Assembly (NCBI GenBank): GCA_030265395.1
Contig: JARFYF010000054.1
Coordinates: 24,502,985-24,564,584 of the forward strand
Length of the DNA stretch: 61,600 nt
DNA from: Rhina ancylostomus
Lineage: Eukaryota
Reading direction: 5' to 3'
Below the pieces are notes generated by a model that made no database searches, was not told the DNA's origin, and saw only the letters and a program-made list of their open reading frames with translations. Shown piece after piece: positions 24,401-39,400 of this stretch. A program made the translations under genes and the position numbers. Numbering within the stretch: the stretch's first letter is position 1; each line of letters starts with the position of its first letter.

Positions 24401-27400
24401 AGAGAGCGCAATGCATTGGCACATAGTTTCCTAGTTACCTGCAAGCATCTGAACACAGATGGTTCTCTTTAAAGCTACTGGGCGCAACCAGCATGATTTG
24501 GCCTGGGTTTTGCTGACACTGGTCTTCTGCTCATGCTCAGTCATAACGGAAATGGCTACTGAGGGCCTATCTTGCAATGAAGACTTAAATGGCACAAAAG
24601 CTTCAAAAGCACCATAGAGAACCCCACCTACAAAATGTTTGTGACAACTGGCAACATCTTACCCTTGCTTTGTCATGGACATCAAACAACACATTGAAGA
24701 AGTTCCACATATTAAATCTCCCTTGATAGCCAGCAAAGACTTAAGCTCAGCTTTTCCAGCTGTCAAAATTATTAGGATTTCTAAATATCTCTGAATGTGT
24801 GACAAAATAAAATCTCAAAAATATTTAAATATTTTAAGAATAGAGTAAAATCAACAAAAATGCTTAAAACACTTTTAGATAAATAAAAGCTCTAAACAAA
24901 ACACAGATAATGTTTTTAAAAGAAGGAACTTACCTTCTTACCTTACTTCCACTGCAATCCCTGTTGACATCAGTGGGATTACAGATCCTGCTTCAGGTCT
25001 AACTTGGCACAAGATCAGAGAACTGATTTCCCCAACGCTTATGAATGGGGATATCCAGGGTAGATGGATCTGGGCTCCTGCAGCAGAGGGTATTGAAACC
25101 TATGGCTCTAACTGATGGTGAGTACAGGATTCCAAAACATGATTGCGCATGCATGGAAGTCCTAGACTTGCTGACTTTTAGAAAGATAAATGTCAGTGTT
25201 TCTGTTGGGAGCCACCAGAATTTATCGACAAAATGTGGGCCAATGATATCTTGTATCAGCAAGGATATCATAGTTTTAATACCTTTAAAAGAGTTGAGGG
25301 AAGTACACGAAGGAATAAAGAAAACATTTAACATCTGTGAAATGAATATTAAAAGTATGTACATTTTCCTTTTGAGCTTATTTCTGAATGTTCAGAGAAT
25401 ATAATGATAAGCTAGATTGTATGACCTTAGCATAGTTTAAACATAAAATGTTGCCTCAATATGAAGAAAAAGCCAGCAGTGAGAGAGAATGTGGATGCTT
25501 TCATCCTATCAAAATGACAGTTCTGGATGGGTTTCGAGCTATTCAACCTTCATTTTCCATTTCCTTTTTAAAATCCAACTGAAGTTTTGCTGTTACAGAT
25601 TTTGCATTCCATGGATCCTGTGAGAATGTAATAATTTCTACAGCAGAGTACCCAATGAATTTACATGTAGATGTTTTACCTGGTTCTGTAGATATTATGA
25701 ATCTGAATAATAGGAGGTTCAGTATAAACAATTGGCAGTGCAGTGAATTGACTGTTGGTGTAGTTTTCTGAGAGCAGCTGACTATTGATCTCTTGTTGTC
25801 CCAATTCTGAAAATTGTGTACAGTGGGGTGACCACAGACCACGTTAAATGGATGTTGGTTTTGTAATAACTGCTGCAGACCCACTTATCAATCATTCTCA
25901 AGTTGAAATCAGTCACTTTGTCTGAATGTGTGAAAGTCAAAGTCAAGTTTATTGTTACATGCACAAGTACATGTATGCACAGGTGCATTGAAAAACTTGC
26001 AGCAGCATCACAAGCACATAAGCGTCACATAAGCAGCATTCACAAGAAAAGACATAAATTACACAATTTTTACAAGAAAGAACACGATTAGAACAAAAAA
26101 GACAAAGTACATTTTAGTGCAAAGTGATCAAAGTGGTCACAGTGTTGCTAAACTGTAGTGATCAGGGTTTTGCCAGTTGGTTCAGGAATCGAATGGTTGA
26201 AGGGAAGTAGCTGTTCTTGAACCTAGTGGTGTGGGACTTTGGGCTTCTGTACCTCCTGCCTCATGGTAACTGCAAACAGTTGGCATGGCCCGGCTGATGG
26301 AGATCTTTGATAGGTGTTGCCTTCCTGTCAACACTATCAATGATGGGGCGGGATGTGCCCATGACGTATCGGGCAGAGTCCACTACTCTCTGCAGCTTCT
26401 TGTACTCCTGTGCATTGGAATTGCCGTACTGGATCATGATATAGTCAAAGTGTGTTATGTTCCTTTAAATATGGAAAAATATATCAAATGTATCTTTCAT
26501 GAGACATTACCTGTAAATGTGTTAGTATTTTCCATGTTGTGTATTGACAATACTTGCAGCCAGAGTCCAATGACGAACAGTTAAAGTTGTTGGCAGGTTG
26601 TTAACTGTTGCTAACAATCAGATTTCAATGTGCTATAATCCAACTGAAAGCTGCTTGTTTAACTTTGGCTTGTAGCAAATGTGATACAAACTGTTTCTGG
26701 AACTTTCCTTAGGCCAGTGATTGTGGCATCTTGGTAGATCTAAAATTTAGGAACCCCAGATTTATGCAACAATATGGCTGGTATTTAGTTAATTAAGGCT
26801 ATGTAATTAACAAGTTCATAACTTTGGTAAGCTTCTTGTTGCTGTATAGCCAGAACCACCTTAATATATTATAGTTGATATTGCTTTCTGCCTCAAGTAC
26901 ATTCCTGCACTAGACCCATGGTCCTGCTTATCTTTTGCAGCTCTGCAGCTCTCTAATTTCTTAATGCCTCACCGCTGCTGCCTTCATCCAAAGTGGAGTG
27001 TCCACAAACAGTGACCAGTGCATCTCATCCCAGACTACTCCGATGGTCTCTGCTGTCTAAGACTTCTTCAGCTGTCTCTGAATATCTCTGATGAAATATC
27101 TTTTGTTAATTAAGACTATTTTTTAAATATTTTTAAAAATTAAAAATAAACATACTGTATGGGACATAAATATGAAGTGAAATGAAAATCCTAACCTTAA
27201 TGTACCGTAAGTCTGGAAACATCAGCAGTGAATGCGTAAAGCTGGGGGCCAGGTGTATCTAGCCCTCAACTCGGGACAGTCCGGAACTGCCACTCAGTGT
27301 TTTCAGTGTGTAGGAGGTTATAAAGTACTGATCCATGGTGAGGACGTAGCTTGTGGTTCTCTTACAAATAAAATACTTAAATACAGTCCAGCCCATTAAC

Positions 27401-30400
27401 TTGAAAATTAATCCAGAATTAATTAGAAAGGTTCCTCAGCCCAATGACAGGATAACCCTTCTCATTCCTATTAATGAATTGTTTTGGCTGGTTTATCAAC
27501 CGTGTTCTGTAAACATATGGAACTACTTGGCTAATGAACACTGATACCAAACAAACCACATAAATAGAGAGTGATATTATCTCCATCTGATAGACAACCC
27601 TTAAGGGACCTGATTTGTCTCCTTGATAATCACTACTTGGTCTTTCGAGAGACAGATTGCTGATGTAAGAAAATGTCATTGTCATGTCTGGATTTTTGAC
27701 TGGTTATGATTGTCAAATAGTCCTAACCAGATCTTGTTTACTTTTCACAGGCAACAGAATTATGTAAAAAACGGAAAGAATGTGAAAGCCATGAACAAGA
27801 AATAAAGAAACGCCAGCGGATATGTCAGGATCTGGTATGTGGGCTCCTAATTATTTTAATGTATAAATTTGAAAGAGCATGAAGATGGGCAGGGCTCTCC
27901 TGAATCCCACTGTGCATTGTAACTTTTCCACAATATTAATATAAAATGTATAAAAATGAACTTTGTGAGAATATGTATTTACTGTGTATAATTTAGCCAG
28001 TTTATATGCAGCATATGTATAGTTCAGAGAAGTGTTTGAAATACATATATGCACAAATAATATGTTGATAGTAACTGGAATTTTAAGCAAGATGCTTTTT
28101 ACTTTAATATGATATTAAAGTTGTTAGTGTCAAAAGTTTTGCTTGTAGCACTTTGCAATTCAATTTCAATGATTTCCTGTTCCAATTTATGGAGTTAGCA
28201 TGTCCATGAAGTAGACATCTCTGAAGTTTCAGCATTGAAATTATGAAGAAGGGTCAATGACCTGCAGAGTTAACTCTGATTCTGCTTTTACGGATCTTTC
28301 TTGGCTTGCTTGAATGCTTCTGGCTTTTTTTGTTTTTGTTTCCAGCATCTGTTTCTTTCAATTGAAATCATGTTGCCTGGGCCAAATGGGTGATTGGATG
28401 TTGGAAATGAGATATTGCTGAATTCCTATTTTGCATTGTTACTTTAATCAAAAAAACTTTTTCCATTAATAGTGGCAATGCTATGGCGTGGTCTGTGAGA
28501 CAGCACAAAATTTCCTTTTGCCTTGTATCTGAATCTGTCCATAGAAGAAAGGCTAATGACTAAACCTGCACCCACCTAGAGTTTAGAGACATTAATGTTC
28601 AGGGCTAGATGTTTACTCCATTTAGATATTTAAGTTATTATTATTCATACTTGTAAGTGAATTTTTTTTTTGTTAGAGTAAAACTGAACAGACCTTCAAG
28701 CAGCCTAGAGCCTTTGAGCTGGAAAGGTTCTTGCACTATAAAGGTTTCAACAGATTGAAATTAAGTAATTTGAGTGAAATTAGTACAGTGTCAGAAATTT
28801 TGATGTCTGATGATATGGTTAGGTGTTCCAGTTTGTTGCTTTGCCTCATTCTGAGCATCATGTGCAGTTTATGATGGTGCTTAAATGCATACATGTGACT
28901 TTGGGAGGTCTCCCTGAACTATCTTCTAAATTTGGGCCTTGTGAGTACCAAACCCAGACTATCAGAGTGTTTGACTGTAGTTCTCTGACTGTATCCCACT
29001 GAGGTGCGGTATGTTGTTGTTCTGAATTGAGATACATTGGCTCAGTGGTAAGATCAGATGGTCTTTATGCACCAGACCTACCTCTTCCCATCTATTTACC
29101 CCAACCCTGTCAGCACATCCTCTGTTCCTTTGTTGTGATCTGGAATTCACTGCCTAAATGAATGGTGGAAGCATATTGAGTAGTGACAATCAAAAGGAAA
29201 ATGGATAAATACCTGAAGGAAAAATAATAATTAGGAAAAAAGGTAATTGGATACCTCTACCAAAGAATTAGTACACCGATGGTGGGCTGAAATGTCTCTT
29301 TGTGTTTTATTCAGTGATTCATTCAAGGTGTATTACTGTGCCAGTACCTAGCCATTTGCACTTGTTCTCTCCATTGGAATTAGTGGAAACACTATTCCTG
29401 TGCCAGGTCTGGCTTGGAGCAGGTTGTTCTTATTGTCAACCGTAGACCATCTTTATTGAAGGAGTCTATTGTCAGAGCACATTGAGGTAAATGACCACTA
29501 GCAACTCACCGCATTTTAGATTTTCTATGTTTGCATGCATATGCTCAGAAATGCATAAATTGCTCCCAGTGTGCTGATTAATGTCACTGGCAGCAGTGGG
29601 ACCCAGTTTATGCAACTGCATTCACAGTGTCAGCAGTTCCTGAAGCAGTGCGACAGCAGCAGTCCTGTGGCTGCATTCACTCTGGTTGTGCTCTGTACCT
29701 GCTGTTACTCCACCAGCTTTGAGCATATCTACAGTGTTGTTTGAGAAAGAAAGCTTTATTTGCAGAAATAAATTACTACCTGCTAGAACCAGAAATTGGG
29801 GACCAGAAGCAACTCAAACCCTTGCTGTGAGATCCTCTGTGTTGATTACACCTCTCACACAGTTAAACCATCACGGGGGGAGGGGGGAGCCATAACAAAC
29901 CCTCCCCAAACGAGGTGAGGCCCCTAGTTTTTTAAACTGGCATGCCTCCCATTCTATCATTTTGAACAGGTGACCTCTCTAGAAACACTATCAATATCAG
30001 AGATACCTCTGGCATTTTGTTCTTTGTATTTCTATTTATTGTAACTAGCAATACTATCATACAACCAAGTTCTGGTTTTAGTAGGTACTAATTTACTTTT
30101 GAAAATAAGAGTTTCTTTCTCAAACAACCCTGCTGATTTTGTTTAAAGCTGATGGTGTGGCATCAGGTACATAACACAGCTACCTACTGCAAAAATTGGT
30201 TCTCTTATTCTTTCCCAATAACTATACATGTACTCCAATTTCAGAAAAAAAAGCATTGTTAGAATAAAAAGATAGGATGTGCTTAAAATGATCTGGAGCC
30301 TTTGAGAATCAGTGGCTGGAAGCAGGCTGAAGGTTTATGGCAGTCTAAAATGATATACTTTGTACTGTCCTTATTAGGATGTTTGTGTTGTTACTTACAG

Positions 30401-33400
30401 GAGAATGAGCTGAAACAAGTCTGGAGTGAGAATGCACGGCTAACTGAAGAGACTATTAGACTCAGCCAAGAGGCACAGGAGACCGATAAGGTGACCGCCT
30501 CTGTTCAGTGCATTGAATCTGCTCTTCTGCCCATACATCTGAGTGGACAGATATATGCTTTGTAGGGTTTACCTCATATAGGCCTGTTCTAAGCATGTGC
30601 CATAATGTTGCATATTCCACAATCAGCCTGTCCTTCATTCAGAAAGGAATTGGTTTCTTACTTCTGTGCCAGTTACATATTTGTATTTCATGGTTAGCAT
30701 ATAGAACATAGAATTAAAAATCCTTTTAAACTTATTCATAAGGTTTGCTTCCCTTATTATTTCCTGTGTGTGCCCTTGTCCCATCAGCCCCAAAATGTAC
30801 TGTCCTCTAATCATATTATTCTGACTGCTCTCCTCAATTTATTCTGTACTTTCTACCTTCACTGCATTTTGTTTTGACTTTTCTTTACTCCAACTCTTAG
30901 CCCATCAAGTATTGAACCTACGTCATTCCATTTTATACCATATCGGGCAGACCTCCCCTCATCCCAGCACACACTGCCCTCCCCTCATCCTTTGCTAACA
31001 TCATTGCATGTTGCCCTCTCCTCACCTACCTGTTAGCTGTTGCTCACTCTCCCTACTACATGNNNNNNNNNNNNNNNNNNNNNNNNNNNNNNNNNNNNNN
31101 NNNTTCCTCCTCGTCCCATTGCATTTTCCTCACGATACCACTGCATGTTTTCTCTTTCTCCTCTCACATGCCATCACATGATGTCCTCCCATCACGCAAC
31201 TGAGGGTTGCCCTCCCATCATTGTGTTGCTTGCTTGTTGCCCATTAACCCCACTGTACTGTCTCCACCATGTGCTCTAGCCAACTCAGGTTGTCATGTCC
31301 TGATTCCGTTCATTCCATTGAATATTTTCCTCCTATTGTTTTCCGTTCTGTCCTAATTCCTTTGTTTATTTTTGTCATCTAACTCCTCTGTATGATGTTC
31401 CGTCTCCCTCACCCGAGGATGTTCCATCTCCATCATCCTAGAATATTCTGTCCTCCCCACAGCCCTGGATATTCCATCTCCCTCACCCCAGTATTTGCTG
31501 TCCCTCCCACTCTGCATTTTACTGTTCTGCTCTCATTACATGCTGTTTCCACACTTCCCCAAACCATTTTGTTCTTTGTTCCCCACTACCATTTTGTTCC
31601 TCGGGATACTCTGTTCCATTTGTAATGTTTTCTTGAAACACTCTTCGTGAACTTGTTTGTTTCCATTTGAGTATACATTTTTTAATTAAAGAATTTTATT
31701 TTTAAATTTCTGCTGGATATCTTCCATCCTGTCCTTAAGAATGGCATCTAGGGATACTGCTTCCCAGACAGTCATTTGTCAGGAACACTTGATGCCATTT
31801 TCCAATGTTCACATGCATGCTGTTTCCTGTAAAGGACACAAAATAGTGATAGGATGGAAACTCTGGCTGATATTACCCTACTTTCCCTTGGTAACTGAGT
31901 TGAACTAATATCACCCATACTACCCTAATGAGGTAACTGACAGACAAAGTGACCTTATCAAATATTATGAGAGATTTTATCTCATTGTTGTATTTATTGA
32001 TCTAGTTCCTGTGCAATGAAAGAGGTTAGAGGTAAGGCAATGTGTGGAAAGAAAGTGTGGAAAGGAGAGGTGGATAGTGGGTGACAGTACTATGTATTTT
32101 CCAATAATTTAGAATTTCAGCCAAACTTGACTCAGTCTTTAGTTAGTTGCTGTCCTGCACTCAGAAGCTACTTGCAGCAAAGCACCAGAGACCAATTTGA
32201 AATTGTCAACAAGTTAATTGTTTTTGCATAGAGTTGTGAGACACAATACCTTGTGTGTTCCTCTTGCCTCTTCTGAACATGCTGAAGTGCCTTTATTTGC
32301 TGCAGATTAAAGCCCAGAACAATGACCTGAGAGGGAGACTCTCAGTGGTTACAGCAGAACGAGATTCAGTTCTGAAGGAGAATCAGCGACTCCAAGCCAA
32401 GCTGGAGAATCTAGAGCAAGTCCTGAAGGTGAGATCTCTGTTGGAGTGAGACATTGTTGAACTAGAGTATACATCCAGTGGCAGGGGTGGGGGTGCAGAT
32501 CTCAGGTAACTTCCAGGGTATTTTATTTCCTTAGACATGGAATTTTAGGTCTTACTGAGCTCTTGGTTATTTCCTTACCTGCAAAAAGTAAAGTAGACCT
32601 AGGCTGGGAGTATCATAAAACTGAGAGGAAAGATCTATTGAGCAGTGTGAGAAGGAATTTAAAATTGATTAAATAGGCTCTTGCAAAATAGGCATAGGTA
32701 AGAAGTTTCAGTACCGGAAAGAGAATGTAGAAATCATTTTACAATCTTGCCCTGGTATGGGGCTGTGTGATTTCAGCAAATCGCTAATAGAATTTGATGT
32801 ATTTCTAGCAGGACCTCAGTAAAGGGCTGTAGGTTTTTTAGCAAGAAACATCATGCTTTCAAAAAGCCTTCTCTGTATAGGAAACCGCAGACTATCCTGG
32901 TCTAGTGATGCCCCCTTTTAGTGGCAGGTTAATTTCAGAAAGACAGACCTAATATTGCGGAGAAGCACTTGTGCAGTCAGATGGGTTATAATTAATGTAT
33001 CATTATGCAGCATATGCGAGAGGGGGCAGAACGTAGGCACCAGCTGCAGTTGGAACATGAAGAAGCGCTGACCATTCTGCAAGCCAAGCAGCATGAGGTT
33101 GAACGACTGCAAAAGGTAGGAAAATAGAGTCTTATTTTTCTTTTCCTTTAAGTCACATACTTCTGAACTGGATTTGTGTAATTCACGAATCACAGTCAAC
33201 CGCACTTTGTCTAAAGCTGTTGCATAATCATTGATTATGAATAACGCTACATCGCATCATCACAGCTAACTCAATCCTGTCCTCAGCTTATGTATACCTG
33301 GATGTCTTTGTGTAGTGGTTACGGACAAGAACTTAGAGAACCTGAACCATTTGCAGCTTCTTTTCCTTTGTATAGCCTAAACACACAAAGGCGTACCCCT

Positions 33401-36400
33401 CTGGGAGCCAAGAACAGATGTGAGCTTGTCAGCACCATCAGAGGCAGTCAGCACCCATTCAAAGAAACACATTGAAAAACTCTTCAACCATGACTCTTCC
33501 CTTAACATGAGGACTCTTGACTCTGTTGCACAACAAACCTTTGCTGTGTAACTACTGACAGACTGCAGGAAGTTTGCAGTTCACCATTGCCCTCAGTCCT
33601 GGCCACCCTCAGTCAACACCACAGCAGTTGGACTAAAATTTTCAGAATGAGTAGATATTGCCCCTCTGTAACTGGAAGAAAGTCAGTTGATAGCTAATTC
33701 ATTGAATAGTGAGATGGTCTCCACATCAGAAAACCAAAATATCCATCAGTAATAAAACACCTTGTTAAAATATTGTTTGCGTTTGAATATTCTCACTTAG
33801 ATGAAATATCTATGAGAGTTGCTTTAATTCAAATATTGTACACTCCAGAATTATTTGCCTATTGTGACTCTCTGCAATTTATTCATGCAAAGGATATGCA
33901 GACTTGGTTACTTATCACATATAACTTGGAAGTTATAGATTCAAGCGCAGTATAAGTTCATTGTGTGCCCCAACACAAAAACAGATTACTTAGCCCATCA
34001 AATCTAAGGTGCTATNNNNNNNNNNCTGTAGTTTTATACCCTCCCCCACCAAATTAATTATCAAGTTACGTTTTAAGGCAATTAAAGGCTCTATTTAGGA
34101 ATAGCAAGCAAACAATCCCACAAAGCAATTTCTCTCTGTATAATTAGTTGTTGGACAGTCAGTGCAAAATTAAACCTTTCTGTTTTTTTTAAATTAAGGC
34201 CCAGTTTGAAGCAAAGAAAGAACATGAAGGTGTGGTCCAGTTACTGGAGGTAAGTGAACAACTATTTCTTTTCTCCTTTCATTACTGTTAATCTGAATCC
34301 TAAGCATGCCTTCAAACCTGGCACTGGAAAGATAAATCCACACTTGGAACTATCCTCCATACTTCATTTCAGCTCTTTCACTCATCTCTTCAGTAGGTTT
34401 GTTATTGCACTCGGGATCAAGAGAGACCAATGGCCCTGCCAGCAACCTTATTTAAATGATCTTGCTGTTTGCAGGCCTATTTACCACCCCCCCCACCTCC
34501 ATTGATGGGCATAGCATGTTGGTTTGGTTTTAAAGTGAGCTGCATAATCGTGACATTTACTGATTCTGCAGGGGAGCTACTGAGATGCCAGACTAGCTCA
34601 TTCTTAATGGTGAATTTTATTCTATGTCATTGGTGTTCCTCTTCTGGTTTGCCCTTCAGAAAACAGTGTACCAACTGCTTTGTTCTTTAAATAGTCCACG
34701 TCCTGCCTGTCATGCCTTACTCAGGACAGCATTGCCAATATCAAAGCATCTGAGTTCTTGAGCTATGAGAGCAGAACAGCATTCAGGTCTGTCACTGCTG
34801 GGACTATCCATGAGGGTTCTGATGTTCCACATCCCAAACTTCATATCTTAGAGCAAAAGTACCCAATACATAGTTTCTTTTAGTGTGGGATAACTGTTGC
34901 ACACCATTATGTTGCGGTCAACTGTGCCCACGCCCCAACCCTTGAAGCTTCGGATAAGGCCAAAGAAGGCTTCTATTCCGACCTTGGAAAAAATCCTGGT
35001 CTGAATGCCAGGGAGAAACAAACTGATCCTTGTGGGTAAATTCAACATCAGGTTGGGAGAAGGTGTAATCCCCTGAGAAAGCATGATCAGCAAGGAAAGA
35101 GTGGGGAAGCCTAGCTCCTCTGGGGTCTTTCTACCAATAACTGCTTGGAAACAGTCTTGTTATAACTAACACTGTTTCAACAGAGGAACAAACACAAGAT
35201 TGCATGACGACACCCCAGTCCAAGTACAGATGAATGACTCCTAATTTGACCAATCCCTAATCCACTATATAATCTCCTTCAAACTGGTCCCAAAATATCA
35301 ACAGAAATACTGCCACAAGAAGATCAATGTTGAAGTTGTCAAGGACCCCAGAAGAGTCTCTCTTTTTAGACAGATATCTCACTGCCAGCCAACAGGAGCC
35401 ACAGAGAGTCCACAGTGTATGGACTACCCTGAAATCCACAATAATTGACTTCTCTGAAGAGATTCTTGGCTTTTCCAATCAGAAGAGCTTGGACTGGTAT
35501 GATGAGATAAAAACAGAAAATACTGGAAACACTCAGCAGGTCAGGAAACATCTTTAGAAAGAGAGACATATCTCACATTTCAGGTTGAGGACTCTTCATC
35601 AGATGGCATCAAGGAACAAAATAAACACAAAAATGTAGTGTTCCTGGAATGGTAGCCTCAGCAATCCTCAAGGGAAAAGTACCAGCTCTAAGGCAGAAGT
35701 CCAGTAGAAAATCTATGTCTTAAAGAACAGATGGAGGAAAGAGTGCAGAAGGCTCAGTAACTCACTGACATGTGTTCTTCAGCACCATCAGAACCATCCA
35801 AAGCTCAAACACCCCAAAACCATCTGCAGCCCAAACACCCAGAGCCCAATGCCAGTGAAAGCCAAAAACAGAGGTGAATTTACTGAAGACAGAGCGACAG
35901 TCAGTGCATACTGGAAAGAACATTTTAAAGACTTCCTCAACTGAAACTGTGTCCATAATGTGAATGCCCTTGACTTCATACCACAGCAATGTATTTGGTT
36001 GAGCCTCACCACCACTCCTGACAGACAATAAATTGAAAAGGCCATATCCCATTTAAAAAAAATAACAGGGCTGCTGGAGTAGACAATATCATTGCTGAAG
36101 CTTTAAACTCAGCAACAGACCTTGAGTCTTGAATCCAAAGTCCCATCTTCCATGTCTTAGAAGAAGAGACTTTATCAGGGGAACACAGAGATGCCATAAA
36201 CATGGCATCTTCAAGAAAGGAGACAACTGTCTGTGCAAGTACAGGGGTGTCACTCTGCTGCCTGCAGGGAACAGGGAAAGTCATTGCGAGGGACCTCCTC
36301 AAACACCTCCTTCCAGTGGCCGAAGAGTTGCTCCCCAAATCATAATGTTGATTCCATTCATCGAGAGACACCTTAAACATAATTTGAATGAACAATAACT

Positions 36401-39400
36401 CCAAGAGAAGTGCAGGGACCAGCACCAGCCACAACATTGTGTGAAAATGTATCACTTCTCAAATATTCCAGATAAGGAGATATTTCTTGGTCTTTGCCCA
36501 AGTTCGCCAGATTGTCAAGGCAAACTGAATGTTGAAATCAGGTCATCTGAACACATGCAACAGTCAATTTTGAATTTTCTGCACCAAGGAGAAGTGCTTT
36601 CCTTCTACCAAATGCATCACTACTGATGACACAGACTGCAGGGTCTACAAACGCCATACATAACTTCCCAACAGAACATTCTGTATGAACAGAAATCATG
36701 CAAAATAGTGCTTCCAAACAGGATAGTTTGTAACTACAGACACTATTGCAGTGGGCAGCACAGTGGTGCAGCTAGTAAAGCTGCTGAGTCACAACTCAGG
36801 AGATACAGGTTCAATCCTGACCTCCAGTGCTGTCTGTGTGGAGCTCACACATTCTCCCTGCAATCGAGTANNNNNNNNNNNNNNNNNNNNNNNNNNNNNN
36901 NNNNNNNNNNNNNNNNNNNNNNNNNNNNNNNNNNNNNNNNNNNNNNNNNNNNNNNNNNNNNNNNNNNNNNTGCATCTCATAATTTTAAACACTTCTATAA
37001 GGTCACCCCTCATTCCCCAATGTTCCAAGGAATAAAGACCCAGCCTGGCCAACCTCTCCCTGTAACTCAGGCCCTCTAGTCCTGGCAACATCTTCATAAA
37101 CCTTCTCCGCACTCTTTTCAGTTTAACCACATCTTTTCTACAATAGAGCAAGGTAGGGTGAATGTGCATTTAGACTTGCAGATACTGTCTACAGCTTGGG
37201 GTCCAGTTCCTGCCGTGTTGATTTCATACTTCATGGTTGAGTTACTTCTTGCTGCTCAGAGAGAGATCTACACACACTCTGCAGACAAGTACACAACCTG
37301 ATTTGCAGCTATTAAGTATTAACGATGTTGATAGCAGTGTGCGCACTGTGTGAATATTTATCTAAACAATGGTATCTTTAAAGTGTGAGGCAGAGAAACA
37401 CTGACTGATTTAACAGCTGGTTCAGTACTTAATGCAGGCTGTGGGAGACGTGGTATAGTCTGATTCCCCACCCGCAGAGTCTGTGCTCTGGATGGGTAGA
37501 AAATTATGGAGCTCTGTGCCTGACTCTCCAAAGAGCACCCACAGCTATGGCTCCACACCCTGCCTGCTCATTTGTAGCTGTCACTTGCATGAAATGCCCC
37601 ACTTTTTCAAAATTTTCAAGTTCTCATCCCCAAAGGTCTCCAGCTCCACGGTCCCTCTGAAATCTCTGAGTCTCTGCACATTCCTGAATTTGGCCCCCCC
37701 CCCCACTTCTGATGATCAAGGCCTTTGTGTCTGCAGTTCCCTCCTTAAAACCACCCCACCTTTTAAGTTATGCCCTAAAAATTTGGTCCAGCCTTGGTTA
37801 CCCATCCTAATATCTATCTCTGTGTCCTGAGTCAGTGTTTATTTGTGTGCTCCTGAGGGGCCTTGGGAGGTTTCATTACCTTAGAGTTACATAAGCACAA
37901 ATTGTGCTGTTGTGCAAGGAATAAGCTCTTTATGGCATTATGCAGACAAGCAACAAGAGTTTTATTTATCCGATCAGACACTCCCAGGGTAGGGATAACA
38001 CAATGTAGGTAAAGCCTTACTCTGTCTCCAGCTCACGCTGTCCCTGCCCTAGACCTACGTCCCTGTCCCTGCCTTACTGTGTAGCAGCACAGTGAAGATT
38101 TTCTGCTTTTATCCCCACTTCAGTTTAAAATAACTTTATTAAAACAACAATAAAGATTTAAAATTTAAAAAAAAATTATCCACTGTACCCAGATGACAGG
38201 CATGCAAGAGGTTACAGGGAAATGAAGAGGGGGAATTGAACTCTTGCGAATGCTCTGAGAGGCGGCATCAACTTGACGGGCTGAAATGACCTCCGTCTAT
38301 GCTATAAGGAAATGTGGAAATATCTTTCAAACAACACAGACTGTTCTTATAAACATTTCACATTCAGCTTCCTTACAGTTACAGAGAGGTTATATTCAGA
38401 ACAGTGTTAGCACATCCTGATCTGTTTATCTTTCAGTCTACTGCATACTCAGTGCTTCATAACCAATCCATGTCCTGCACTGACAAAAAGTAGCAGTACC
38501 ATTTTTGGCCAGAATGGAAACGATTGACAACTGCACTCCTAAGAATGATTTTACATGCACAATTTGAAATCTAATTATCCTCCTCCACTCACAGCATCAT
38601 GGTGAAGAATTGACCTTACTCCTAAAATTGAGTTATTCAGTAGGCTTTGCAATATCCAAGCAGATCCTGCAGACTGTTAGCTCTGGAGCACTGTTTAAAT
38701 AGATTCTTTATGATGCTTACTAACTAACTATACTTAACTTTTTAATAGCAGTTTGCCAGAAGTTCTCATCCAAAACTTTTTCCCACTCCCAACACATTGG
38801 ATGATAGGATGGTGTCACCAGACATTCTGACATTGTTAATTTGGGCTAATCTGAACCAGCCATATATTGCTAACAACTCATTTGGTTTGGCTCTATATTC
38901 TCTATTTAATAATTCAATTAGCTTGTGAGAATATGGAAAATTAATGTGGTTTCACCTGGTACAGAATATCAACAAACATTATGAAGGATTCTAGTCAGCA
39001 ATGGTGAACACGTGGAAATCATCTTAGAAGCTTATTAATAATATTTGTAGAGATATATGTCCATTCATTCATTAGTCTTTTCAGCCCCTGAATACAAGGA
39101 TGAAGGTTTAGTTGCAACTTCAGCCCTAAATATCTATGAGTTCAGCAAGACATTTGAGAAAGTCCCATATGGCAGAATGGTCAAGAAAATAAAAGCCCAA
39201 GAGATCCAAGGGAAGATGCGAAGTTGGATTAAAGATTGGCTTGCTTGGTGGCAGATACAAATGTAAGATGGTTGTCAGAAATTTTGAGGACTGGAGGGCT
39301 GAATGCATTGTGATTCTCCAGGGCTCAGTTCCAGGCCCCTTGCTTTTTGGGGTACACCTTAATGATTTGGACTTAAATTAAGATGTTTTCTAAAGATACA

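Noticed and set aside
35560-35605. Second functional hammerhead on the minus strand (also remnants near 12550, 28245, 42406, 47670)
   Set aside because: Core boxes, helix I pairing or cleavage triplet are mutated; treated as decayed Penelope termini
38437-38493. Possible alternative terminal exon (tttcag|[18 protein letters not shown])
   Set aside because: Only an acceptor-like site and a short open frame, expected by chance
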